A stretch of 64,000 nt of DNA from Monocercomonoides exilis PA203 (lineage: Eukaryota; Protista; Preaxostyla): contig LSRY02000025.1 of NCBI GenBank assembly GCA_001643675.2, forward strand, positions 434,001-498,000, given 5' to 3'. The number at the start of each line of letters is the position of its first letter. Position 1 is the first letter of the stretch. The notes beneath the pieces were generated by a model, which saw nothing but the letters and a program-made list of their open reading frames with translations, was not told the DNA's origin and did not search any database. Shown here in pieces: positions 48,101 through 61,200 of this stretch. A program made the translations under genes and the position numbers.

Positions 48101-49862
48101 TTTGAATTGTCTGTTTTCTGCATTTTCAAAAATATATTGCATTCGGAAAATAATGATATTTCTATCATTAATTTTGGATTTTCATTAGTTTGGACAGATG
48201 AAATATAAGAAAAATAAAATATTTAAATTGTCACATAAATGCATGTGATCATACCCTCATTATTTGCATTAGTATTTTTGATTTGTTATTTTGAAAAGAG
48301 ATAACGCTAAATATTCTTGGGATTGTTGTTATGGATTTAATGATCGAAAAGTGTTATTTGAACGGAAAATTTCATCAATAAAACGATATTAAGATGAATG
48401 AAATCTTCCAGTTGAATAAGAAATATCATTTTTTGTGGTGGCAACAGACAACGGAGGGATGAATCGATTTTGTAATTCTTCAAACAAAATTTTGCAATTA
48501 GATGGCCAAAGAAATGCAAATTTTTATTTTATAATATACAAATATCAGCATGCATGTATTTCATATTTCTCTATATATTGTGAAGATATTTCTATCTGAA
48601 ACCTTTTCAAAGAATAGAACTTGAGGTATTGTTGAAATGACCAATCTCCTCATTGCAGAGCAAGACGATGAGAATAGAGCTGAGAGCATCACCTAAATTG
48701 GAGTGAGCAGTTTTTATTTTTGTCACCTCACCCTCGTCTTTGGACAATATCGTCAAAGCATTATTCGCTGGAACAGAGGATGAGGTTGTAATGTGCAGAA
48801 AATCTTCATATAGAATTTATTCGATATTTTTGATTCCCTGAAGATCTTCTTCTTCATCTTTAACTTCTTGTTCTTCGAATAACTACCAAATCAATCATTC
48901 TGGTACATTTCACAAAAAAATTGAGCACTTTCAGAGATAAAAGCAGATTTAACAGAAGGAAATAGCTTTGCAGCGTTGAAGAAACAGAAGAAAACAAAGA
49001 AATGGAGGAAGAAAAATAAGAAAAAGAGGAAGAAGAAGATGACGATGATGAGCAGGAGGAAGAATAAGAGGAAGAAGAAGGACGGGGAGAAAAAGAAGAA
49101 TTGACAACACCATTCCTCCGAAACAACTCAAAATTGTATCAACTGAACTCAAATGTTTTCAGTCTTTAATGAAGAAACTGATGTTTTGTCAAAGAAACAT
49201 GAGAAGCTCTGTTTTTGATAGGAAAGTGCAACTTATGTGTGAGGAACGAGCAGTCAATTGCCTTTGTATATAGGTTGAATTCACAGCAACAGCTGAATGG
49301 CACAAAAGCAACTGGGACATACGAATGAACTTGCACATTTAGACAGGAATGATTTGGGAGAGAAGCAGAAGGTGAATGAAAAAGAAAAGCAGAAGCGGAT
49401 GCGGAAGAAGCGTTTGTATATGTGAATTGGATGGAGCTGGTGGATGCGATGGAAGAGTGGAGGAGGGAGAATGCGAAGAGATGGCTGAAGGGACAGCAGC
49501 AGCAGAAGAAGAAGAAGAATGTTATGTGTTGTGAAGGAGGTGAAGAAGAGCAGAGCATTTCATGAGTTATTTGAGAAAAAAGAAATAATTTTTGGTTAAA
49601 TTCAGAAATTTCAAAGAAAAAGAAAGAAAGTTTATTTTCAACAACGGACAAGCAGAAGAAGAAGAAGAAAATGCTGTTTTTGTGCTGAAAAGATTGATTT
49701 GGTGAGTGGTGATTGAAAAAACTTCAATATTTGATGAAGATGAAAGTGTGTTGTCGACCCAAGATCCGCTATTGTTCTCGGTGAAGTTGGGGAGGCTGTT
49801 CTAGAAGGCACAATTGTGGAACAGGTTTGCTTTGTTTCTCGACTTTTTCTGGTTTTTATTTA

Positions 49863-52663
49863 CCATTGGTGCAATACCCGGAACTCAGTGCCAAACCCGG
49901 AACTGAATGTCCCTCTGATTTGAGTTTCAGTACAGCCTCTATCATGTGTTTATTTCATTTTTGCAACATTTGGATCGATTATTTTCGATTAATGAATGAA
50001 AGCAAATGAAAACAAATGAAATTAAATGTATTATTTTGTTTGGTTCTTTAGAAAAAAGACTTCCTAATCTGGAGAGTTTCAAATTGAAATGAAAATGATT
50101 TGATTTATTTTCAATGAATTCAGGAAATATTTGGAAAAAATGATAATCAAACATATATTATTATCGTTGTTTGCTTAATTGAAACTTGTTGCATTCCACA
50201 TCTTTGTTTGTTCTTTTTTGAATAAATAAAATGGACTGCATTGTTTTTCTGATGAAAACAATTATGTTGAATATGAGACATGCGAAAACAAGAAAACTGA
50301 AAAAAAGATAAAACAATCAAGAAGAACGGATTCTGACAGAGCACAGTGATGATTATTGATTTATTTGAAAACCCAGATTAAGAAATCAGCACTTCTCTTT
50401 TCTGTCACTTTGTGTTTTGGTATGAACTATTTTTTTTATTTCAAGCTCTCTTTTTGAAAAAACAGGAGATAGCGATCTTTGGTGGCTCAATTTCTTTCTG
50501 AATTGAAGTCTTTTTTGGCTTTGATTGGTTTCGTTTTCTTCTTCTTCTTCTTTCCTTATTCTTTTTCGACAATTCAGAATTTTTTTCTTCGAAGGATTAT
50601 TTGAAGAATCCATAAGCTTTTTGAGATCATCATGACTTCGTTTTGAATTTTGTGATGAGCGTTGACTGTTGGTGCATTGTGATTAAAATACTTTCATTTG
50701 AGAACGTAGAATTAATAGATTGTTTTCAGCTTCCTGTATTTGACGTTGAATCTCTTTCAACGATGTCACTTTCGAATTAAACTGAGATATGAGAGGAGGT
50801 GTTTCTTTCTATAATTTGGATGTTTTTGTAGAACGAACATGTGATTGTTTGACTGATAATAGCTTTTGCACTTTTTTGAAGTCAGTAGTCACGGATTGGG
50901 CTAATTCATGTTCGCTAGCTGTTGGATTTTCGAGATCTTTCTTTGGAGAAAAATCTCCGAATAATTCATTTTTCCATGAGTTAGAATAAGCTTTCTTTGC
51001 ATTTTTCTCACTTTTCGAAGAGATAGAACCTGAAATTCTTGTTAGAACAGAAGAAGCTGCAATAGGCCACACTCCAGTTTTGACATATGATGCTTTCACA
51101 GCAGAAGGAGTTATCGCTGCTGCTTCAGCATCAGGAAGTGCATTTACGAGAGCAGATCTATAAGCACTCAAAGAAAACTTGGAAGGAGGGCAAAACTTGT
51201 TGTGGAGTGTGAACTTCAAACGAGAAAATACATAAGAATCACATGGCTGCAGTAAATGAGTCATGTTTGGAGGAGATTTCAGAATAATAATATTATTCTT
51301 TGCAGCTTCCCTTGTCACTTATTCATCATCAAGTGATCTGTGATTGTACATCAGAAGAAGAGCTTTTTTTGTTGAAGTCGGTTTCACTTTGGAGGAAATC
51401 AGAGGAATCCAGCAGCCAATCATTATTTCTCTGAAAATCTCATTCATTATTCATCCTGATGAAGAATAAATGTAACGAATATCAAAAGCTGACAATAAAG
51501 AGAATTCTTCTGGAGTTTCTTTTCTGGGCCACAACAAAAATCTTGGAAGAGAAGATCCGTCCGCGCATTTACACAAGCACAATGTGGCAATTAGAACTTT
51601 TGGGGGTTTAGGCGGAGAATGAGGAATCTGGTTTTTCATACAAACCACAAGTTTCATTGATGTTTCACCGCAGCTTAAAGAAGTTTCATCGAAATTGAAG
51701 ATTGTTGATGAATCAATATTGTGCTTTTTGATAACTTCAGCTAAGTCCAAAAACCATTTTCGAACATTTTCCGGGGATTGAGCTGAAATTTTTGACATTT
51801 CCATTGGTCTGGATAAAGCCGATTGTAATACTTCACTTCTTTTAATAAGTTTGTGAACATATTTGCAGTTTGCTGTTTGAGAAATTTGTTTTTCATCACA
51901 TTCTTTTTCCAGCAGATCAACGCACTAAATTAATATTGAAAAGAAATCTAATGCAAATTAAAATTGATAATTAAACAAAACCATCGATTGAATATCTTTA
52001 ACTCGAACAATCGTATCTTTGGATAACATTGCCATAACCTGATTTTCAATGGCTTCAAGCTGACTTAAGGATATCGATAATGGATGACCTTTTCAAACAA
52101 CTCTGCCATTCTTTTCCGCTTTGATTCCCCGATACCATGCGCTTTTCGACATAGCTCCTGATTCAAATGCTGTTTTGAAATTGACAGCATTTTTGCGTTT
52201 GATTTCGAAAACTTTTTGGCTTGCCGATTTTATATTTCTAAATTCACTTAAGGCAAGTGTACGTCTGAGCTGCAGAGGTGAAAGTTGCTGTTTATTTTCC
52301 ATGGTTAAGGGTTTTGATCAATAATTCAAAATAAGTTGCAGATGGCCTTTTCGTAATGATGATGTCTTAAGCAGCAAATGACTAACGGAAATTTCAAACA
52401 ATTCGTTTTAGACAACAAAATATTCTGCATCTTGTTAATTTGCGAAAAAAAGAACAAATTGAAAGAGAAGCATTTGGAGTTTCAAATACTTTTCAATAAA
52501 ACAAAGATATTTAACCTATTCAACATTTATTTCTGGAAAATGTATGTGTGGATTCTATTGTACAAAATAGAAGTGTTTTTGAACGATGAATAAACTTATC
52601 TGATTTTCAAAAGAATTATTCAGTTCCGGGTTTGGCACCGAGTTCCGGGTATATCACCAATGG
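49863..52663 (-). mobile_element. Pogo-like (IS630/Tc1/mariner superfamily) DNA transposon, 2,801 bp
   Basis: 46-bp TIRs (43/46) at 49863-49908 and 52618-52663; TA TSD; internal DDE_1-type transposase. Confidence 0.93.
50809..52302 (-). pseudogene. Inactivated pogo-like DDE transposase with a 57-nt intron
   Basis: IFNFDETS, LLLMYNHRS (second Asp apparently replaced by Tyr), PPNMTHLLQPCDSYVF; stops at 52093, 51451 and 51319; GT-AG intron 51981-51925. Confidence 0.88.
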
Positions 52664-53674
52664 TATTTATTTATTTATTGTTATATCTTCATTTTTAAAA
52701 TACTGTCTTTTTATATGCTTTTTATGATTATAAAAATTATTCTTTATTAATTTTTCTTTTTCAATAACAAATTTAATCTCAAAATCTTCAAATTACCCAT
52801 TCAGAGCATTAGTAACAGCAAACTCTGCTTTCTCTCTCCTCTCGTTAGGCATATGCCTCCCTTCGCCCACTGCAACTTCTCCGTCCTCTCCTCTCAAAAT
52901 CATTTCTCTGCTTTCCTCTTTTTTGTCTCATTGCTCTTCTGTTATATCTTTTCTGCCTTCGAATTGCTTTGCAGTCAGACTTCTGAAGCAATAAAATTCG
53001 TTTTTAGAGGAAAAAAATCGCTTCAGAAGCTATCTGAGATATACGCAGTCCTGAAAAATTTTGGACTCTGCGGGTTTTCGTTTTTGACATGACATATTTT
53101 GCGAGCGAATTGCAATTTGACATGTCAAAAGAACAAAGACAGACATAAAACTGGCTGAAGAAATGCTGTTTATGTTTTTACAGCTTTTTCAACAGAAATG
53201 TTGGGATCAATTCAAAAAGAGCTGAAAGAAGAGTTTTCTGATACTGTTTTGATTTCGTCGTTGAATGTGATTCCAACTGGGGTGCAGGAAGGATATTGTG
53301 TTGATGTTTCAAGGTGTGGATGAAGATGGAAGGGGATAAAAAAAATAAAAAGGAGAAGAAAAAGTGAATATTATTGAAATGTTTTTCATTTTTTGTTCAC
53401 TTTTTTTTTTTTTGTTCTTTTTTTCTTTCTTATTAAAATCGATATTTATTCAATTTTTAAATCCATCATTTTCTGTTTTCTGGTTTTCATGTTCCTTATT
53501 TGCTTCAATATTATTATTACGATTTAATTTATATATCTTCTCAGCTTTTCCTAATTCTGAGCGTTCCATGAAGTTATCCACAGGCCATCTTTCTCTTTCA
53601 CATTTCGCTTATCAAAAACTCAAATTTGAAAATCCCAGAAACTTCGAAGAAAACGTTGGAATCGAAGGATCCGC

Positions 53675-54160
53675 TTCCTCCTCCTCCTCTTCTTCTTCTA
53701 CTCCTCCTCCTCCTCCTCCTCTTCTTCTTCTTCTTCTTCTTCTTCTCCTCCTCCTCCTCCTCTTCTTCTTCTTCTTCTCCTCCTCCTCCTCCTCCTCCTC
53801 CTCTTCTTCTTCTTCTTCTTCTCCTCCTCCTCCTCTTCTTCTTCTTCTTCTTCTTCTTCTTCTTCTTCTTCTTCTTCTTCTCCTCCTCCTCCTCCTCCTT
53901 TTTCTTCTTCTTCTTCTTCTTCTTCTTCTTCTCCTCCTCCTCCTCCTCCTCCTCCTCCTTTTTCTTCTTCTTCTTCTTCTTCTTCTTCTTCTTCTTCTTC
54001 CATTTCTTCTCCTTCTCCTTCACCTCTTTCTTCTTCTTCTCTTTCATATTCACCATCGCCTTGTTTCCTTCAACCTCCACCATTGCCTTCATCATCATCA
54101 TCATCATCATTATCATCATCATCTTCTTCATCATCATCATCTTCATCGTCAACATCATCA
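53675..54160. repeat. Compound (CTT)n/(CTC)n/(CAT)n trinucleotide microsatellite
   Basis: Directly visible; the minus strand reads poly-Glu/Asp in one frame. Confidence 0.95.
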
Positions 54161-55254
54161 TATCAAAATCCTCTTCTTTCTATTCTTTTTCTTTCCCTCT
54201 TCTTTCTCTTCGTTCATTCTGCATTGCAAGCATCTTCGCCTGAAAATAATAAAGTTTCAGTTTCAATTCAAATAACGAATAAATCATTCTCAAAGGCTTT
54301 TCTGATTCAATTCCTTCTTCGGAGCTGCTTTGCCCTCTTTCGCACAAAATATTCCTATTTCATTTGCAGTGGCTATCTTTCAACAGACTACTACATCAGC
54401 AACCTCTCCTTTTGGATCATCCTGTTTAATGCACCACATACAGCTGTTCATGTTGTGAGATGAGAGCTTTGTTCCATCATCGATTTTGCCAAATGACACA
54501 CACCTCCTCCTCGGAAATCATTGCCTTTTGTGGAGATAGAAACATCTTTGTGAGACAGAATGGCATTTGTGTTTGTGCCAAAGTGAGCACAAAGAACACA
54601 AAATGAGAGAACCAGAGAAGACTGAAATTAACTGAATAATATCTTTTTCAAAAGAAAAAGTTAATTGAGGGGGCAGTGATAATAGTAAAGCAGTTTTGAA
54701 GAAGATGATGACGCATGATGTGACCAGACAGAATGAATGACACTGAAGATGAAGATAAGAAAAGATGATACGAAAAGATGGCAAAGTTTGCAAGCATGTG
54801 TCTTACTGCTTGACATTTATATGAAAGATGATGATTACAGGTAAACGAGACTCGACAATTGATAAAGCAATTTACACATTCAGAAAGCTCCACCTTGAAG
54901 AAGAAATGAAGCAATCTAAAGGAAATGTTCATGAAAAAGGAATTTTGAAGAAAGTGATCGAAGAGCAAAGGAGAACCTTTTATTTGCAAAGAGATATGCC
55001 CATATAAAATTGTTGAATGTTTATTTTTGGTGGCAATTTGCTCATTTGACATTTTCATAATTGCTGTTCTCTTCTATTGAAAAGAAAGAATTTTTTAATA
55101 TCATTTTTCAAATGATTTTAATGATTCAGCAATATTCATAAACCAAACATTCTTCATTCTATATAATTACACTTTTCGGTATTTATGAAAAAAACAATTA
55201 TGGATCGTGCATATAATAGATATTTATTAATCAAAAGACAAAATATTCCTTGCG

Positions 55255-58200
55255 ATGTGGGTGCATTTGTCTTTTTTGGCATGCTTGTTTCTTGTCGACA
55301 TTTTAGATGCATGGGGTACAACACATATTCCTTCGCTTAAAAATCCAGTTGCAAGCACAGATTTACATTTTGATAATTTCCCTGTTTATTCGAATCAGGA
55401 TGGTCCAAAAGATGTAAATTTTTTGACAATGAACACTTATGTAAATGCGATCGAGCTAAATGTTTCACCAGCGTTAAAAGGATTGCAGAATGGTGCATCA
55501 ACTACAATTAATTCCTTTATTGTATTTTGCAATTCTACAATTGGATTGAAAAGTGTAACTCTTGAACATTCTTCCTCACCATTCACGATAATAAAAGAAA
55601 AGTCATGCATCATGCTGGATTCGTGCACTACTCACCAAAAATCGGATTCTCCCTTTCATCTGCAAAGTGGGTCAATCTGCCTCACAAACATGACTTTGAT
55701 CCCCCAAAAGATTTTTAACCCATCCAGTCTTATATTTTCATCGGATTATTCAAATACTGCTATTTTGAGGGATTCCATTCTTTCGGACCTGGCTGTTTCG
55801 TCATCGAACTATTTCCTGTTATCAGGAAAGGGCAAAAGCGAACAGATTAATAATTGTGCTTTCAGGAACATGTCTGTGAAATCTGACAAGAGCAGTGATT
55901 ACCAAATGGAGCATTCATGCCTGTTGAGTTCAATGGAAAATAGTTTCATTTATTCGTGTGTGAATGTCTTTGAAGGAGGGATCTCAAGTGGTTCGCATTC
56001 TTCACAGGAATTTGTCTGCAGAAACACAACAATAAGCAACGGGAAAAGAGAAATGAATGCACTTGAGAAAAAAGGACAAATGAATTTAACAAATAGCCAA
56101 TCATTTTCATTGTGCGAATGGGAAGATTGTTCAGCACCACAAGGGGGCGCTCTTTATGCTCATGACAATAAAAATGCTATTCTTTCAGTTGAAAATTGTT
56201 CTTTCACAAATTGTAATGCTTCTTCAACAAATGGCGGCGGAATCTGTGCCTTGAACATTGCAGAATGCTCAGTCAAATATTCCAAATTTATTAACTGTTT
56301 TTGTAAGGGAACTAATAATTTTGGAGGCGGTGGCATCATGATAAGGAAAGTTCTAATTCAACCATTGATTGATGATTGCTCTTTTCAAAATTGTTCAAGT
56401 GAAGATGAAGGAGGGGCAATTGATTTCCGACCAACAAAAACGGAAAAGCAAAAACCCTGTGTTATTAATTCAGTTTTCATAAATTGCACAGCATTCGGCG
56501 ATTCTGGAGGTGCAATTGAACATTGGGATTGCACTGATAGAGTTGTAATTTCGAATTGTTTCTTTTGCCATTGCAGCTCCAGAACAGGAGGGGCTGTTTG
56601 CCAATTAATAAACACTTACAATTACGGAACGTTGTTTTATTACTGTTTTTTTCATAATAACACATGTGTAAGTTATGGGCATGACATTGCTCTTAACAAC
56701 TCTGTAGAAAACAGCATTGATCCAAGCTGCTATTCAACAAGGCAAACGGATAATAGAGTTAGCACAAAATTCAATTCAGTCGAAGATAGAAGTGAATGGC
56801 TTCGAAACGATTTTGGAAGGATGAGATTTGTCTCCTCAGTGTTAGCCAAACCAAATGCAAAAGACACGTATTCATGTGGACTGGATGAAAGCCATCCATG
56901 CAACACTATTAGTCATTGCCTCACTCAGCTGATCCCGGAATTTGTTACAGATATCGAGATTCTCACAGGAACGATTACAGAAACCAAAAGTGTGGATTGT
57001 GGCGCAAACTCTTTCACAATATATGGCCAGAGTGGTTTGAGCGCAACGGTGCAGACGGAATTGGAAGCAGCTGGGTTGTCTCTTTTAGTTGTCTCGACAG
57101 GCACATTGACTGTCAGTGACTTTGTCCTTTTACACTGTTCGGCTCATCCAAATAATCGTGGTTCAAGGCTGTTTGAGATTTCTGGAACAGGAGAGATGTA
57201 TGTGAGCAGACTGAACATTTCAACGGGAAGTGGGCAATCAACAGAAACAGCATTCACAACAGAGCTGCTCAATGTTCAGAATGGTGTGCTGCAGATGGAT
57301 AATGTGAACTGGGCAAAGACAATCTCCACAACTTCATTGTTTTCGCTTTCTTCGACAAATGAAATATCATTGACGCTTTCGGAGTGTGCCTTTGATGGGA
57401 TTGAGAGAACAAACAGTGGAGCAGCTGTAATCTCGTTTTCCAACGATAAGATTAACATTAAGCTGAGTTCATGTTCATTTATAGGATGTGGAAGCAGAAC
57501 ATCGGAAAATGGAGGATCGATTATGGCATGTGTTGGGAATGAAAATGAGGTGAAGATGAATGGCGGATCTTTCGATGGATGCTTTTGTTCGGCATCCAAC
57601 GGTCTTGGGGGTGGAATTCTTCTTCGATTATCGACTGGAAGTCCAAATATTCTGATTTCTTCCTCATTTGGAACAAACACAGCCAAGTGGGGAAGAGATA
57701 TCTTCGTCTTATCACCAAATCTGGAAATGACTGCAAAATCAAAAAAGATCTCATGTGTTACAGCCTCTTTGGATTCATTTGACAAAGTTCGAGGATTCGA
57801 CAACGGAAATACGAGTGTGGCCATTACTCTGTGCATCTATCTCCTTCACACACCAGAAGAAATATATGTGAGTAATACTGAGGCATCTGATCATTCTCAT
57901 TGTGGAATAGTCCAATTCCCCTGTTTGACAGTAAAGCACTCTCTCACACGTCAAACTGGGCCAAAGAAAGTTATTGTGAATGGAATGATTTTGATGAGCG
58001 ATGAATTGGCCTTCACTGATCAAAAGCATGAAATCAGAGGAAATGATGATCAAAGTGGTTGGACAGTCTCTGATTCGAGTGCAACATCCAATTCAGCAAT
58101 GATAACAGCAAGTTTTGAAACAGTCTTGTCAAAACTTATATATTCTCTACCTCCTTCTCTTTCATCACATTCAACTTTTATTTCTTCATCTTCACAACTG

Positions 58201-61200
58201 ACTATGTCTCATTGTTATCTTTCTCTTCAAGATCCTTTATCAGAATTTGCATTTCTATTCTTATGTGTTGAGTCTGGGATTTTGGCTATTGATTCATTTT
58301 CGGCTTCGTCAATCACCTTGAATGGAAATCCATTGATCTCGTTGTGCAAAAGAAGTTCAAAAGCCGAGTCAATGAGCACCAAATGGCTTAACATGACGAA
58401 AAACAATTTCACAGAAATAGAAAGAAGAACTGGATGTGGAGGCTGTGTGAGCATCGACAACAGCAATGATGAAAATGAAAAATCAAATGCAGAAATAAAT
58501 ATTGAAGAATGTGATTTTGATGGATGCTCGGTGCTGGCTGATGAAAGCAGAGGAGGGGCAATGTTTTCTCAGTTGAAAGGAAATATCAAATTAAATGTAA
58601 TTTCATGCACATTCATAGGATGCACTGCACCAACTGGAGAGGAGAAATTTGGCTTTGGAGGAGGGATGGCACTGAAGTTGATTGATGATGATTCTTCGTT
58701 TGTAATCTCATCTCCAATTTTTGATACAGAAAAGCCAAATGTTGCAAGATATGGAAATGACCTGTTTGTCGAATCATCCAACTTGACAAAGAGTATCACA
58801 AATGAATCACTTCCATTTGTAACTGAGCATCTGACTGATATTTCATTGAATTCTCTGAAAGGCTTTGACGGGAGTGACACAACGAATATCATTCCATTGG
58901 TGTATTTTTGGCGAACATCTGGCTCAGAGCTGTTTATTGGAGGAGATGGTTGTGATGTGTGTGTGTGTGGACTTTCAGATTATCCTTGTCTTTCAATTGA
59001 TTATTCACTTTCAAGATTTCCAGGAGGAAATGAAAGGAATATAACCATCATTGGAAAAGGAATTCTTCAGAAATGTGTTGATGTCAGTGGAATATCAGTG
59101 AAATCGAATGAGAGCAGCATGAGCTTATTGGAATGTCTCTCTTCAGTTGAAGGAGCAGAGGAAGCAGCAATGAAGACTCAAGGCATCACAAATCTCGAAC
59201 TGATTCGCTTTGTGATTCCATCTTCATTTACAAGTGGAGTGAATGTTCTGATCCATGTTGGTTCAAGTAAAGGACTGTTGACTCTGAAAGACTGCTCATT
59301 CTCAAAAAATGAAGAAAGCAGAGAAGAAATAATCAGCTTTGGGCTGATCAAGGCAGATGGGAGCACAGTTCAATTGGAATTTGTTTCAATGCAATCACTC
59401 AGCTTTTCAAAAGATGTAATTTCTGTGTTGTCAACAACGATTTTGAGAATCAAAAACATTACGATGAAGAATGTTGAGCTTGAAGGAGCAAGCGGATTGA
59501 GCATGTCAAAGAGTTCAAGAAGAGTAAAAAATGAAGAAGAACAAGATGTTGTCATTGAGTGGAGTGTATTCGAAGAAGTCACCCAGAACACAACTGCTGA
59601 TATTCCTGTCATTCGAAATGACGATGATGTTGAGCCTTTGAAAATGGTGATTCGAAACACAACGATGAAGAAGTGTGGAGGAACGAGGTGTGGAAAGGGA
59701 GGGGCAATATTTGCCCTGTTGAACGAAGGAGGAAAGTTTGACTGCTTGTTTTGCACGATTTCTGAGTGCTTCTGCTCAACCACAGGAAGAGGTGGGTGGC
59801 TGTTTCTGGAATGCACCTCAACAGCTGAGCAGCCTCTGAAGTTTGTGTTGTCGAATATCACATTCAAAGACAACATCGCATTGAGAGGAAGAGACGTGTA
59901 TGTTCGATGCCACTCAATCGAAACTCAAATTGCAGATGAACAATTCTTGCTGGACTTCCGAGCGCCGTTTGTGAAGGATCTAGCAATGTGGGGCTGCACA
60001 ACAGACTCGTTTGTGGGGGAAGAGGATCTGCTGCTGAGGGTTGTGAAATACCAGAGCGAGACGATATTTGTGTCTTCTGCTGCAGACAACCACGAAGACA
60101 GCAAGCAATGTGGAGAGTTCGGCAAGCCTTGCGAGTCGCTGAATGAGGGGGTGCAGCACATCGTTCAGTCTCAATACTCCCAGCTGCTGGTGTCGCTCCA
60201 GACAGCCATCTGCGCGCCATGCAGCGCAGCCAGCATGAGCATCCGCTCGCTCGAGTCCCCGTCCTCTGCGCTCGTCCACCTCGACACCCCCATCCAGCAC
60301 TGCCCAGCCATCCTCGCAACCTCTGCAAACGTCCGGATCGAGTGTCTTGACTTCCTCTTCAGCCAATCCTTTTCGCACACAGGCAGTGCTGTTGTGTGCC
60401 ACACCGATGGCCACCTCTCGCTCTCCTTTGTCCAGTTTGCTTCCTCTGCCACTTCATCAGCCACCTCGCCAACAACCTCGCCAGCTGCACACCCGGTGCT
60501 CCTCAACACCTCCCTGCTCGCCATCGAGGGTGGGCACCTGACTGTCGACAACTGCTCCGTCCTGCACCTCGCGTTCGCTCTCCCGCCTTTCCTCCTCTCC
60601 GCCGCCGACCATGTCGCCCTCGCAAACATAAACCTCCAGCACCTCCAGCTGTCAGCCAGCGCCTTCGAGTTCCGCCAGTGCCAGAGCACCTCGGCGCACA
60701 GCATGGCAGCCGAGCATCTGGTGTTTTCGCAGGGCAGCACCCTCTGCCTCCCCGCCACTGCCACGGGAGACATCGCCTTTTCTGGCTCGTCTTTCCGCAA
60801 CTGCACAAACACAGACTCCAGCACCAGCACCAGCACAGGCACCTCCTTCGGCTCGTCTGTGCTTTCTGTGTCTTCCCCCTCTGCACACATATCCCTGTCC
60901 AACTTCACCTGCTCGCAGTGTGGCCCATCCTCTGACAACGATGCCAATGAACCGGCACAGCAGGGAAGCGTTGTGAGTGTGAGCAATGCAACAGATCTCT
61001 CGCTGGCCATGTGTGTGTTTGAGGGAGCACCCTCAGAAACCACTGCAAGTGCAAATGGAAACAGAAACGGAAACAGCGCAGACAGCATCTGCTCGTGGAA
61101 TGCATCGCTGGTCCATCTGCGCAACACAACAGCAGCCATCAGCGATCTCACGGTGGCAGACGCATCGGATGGAGCGCTGTCTGTCTCGGGAGGCACTGTC

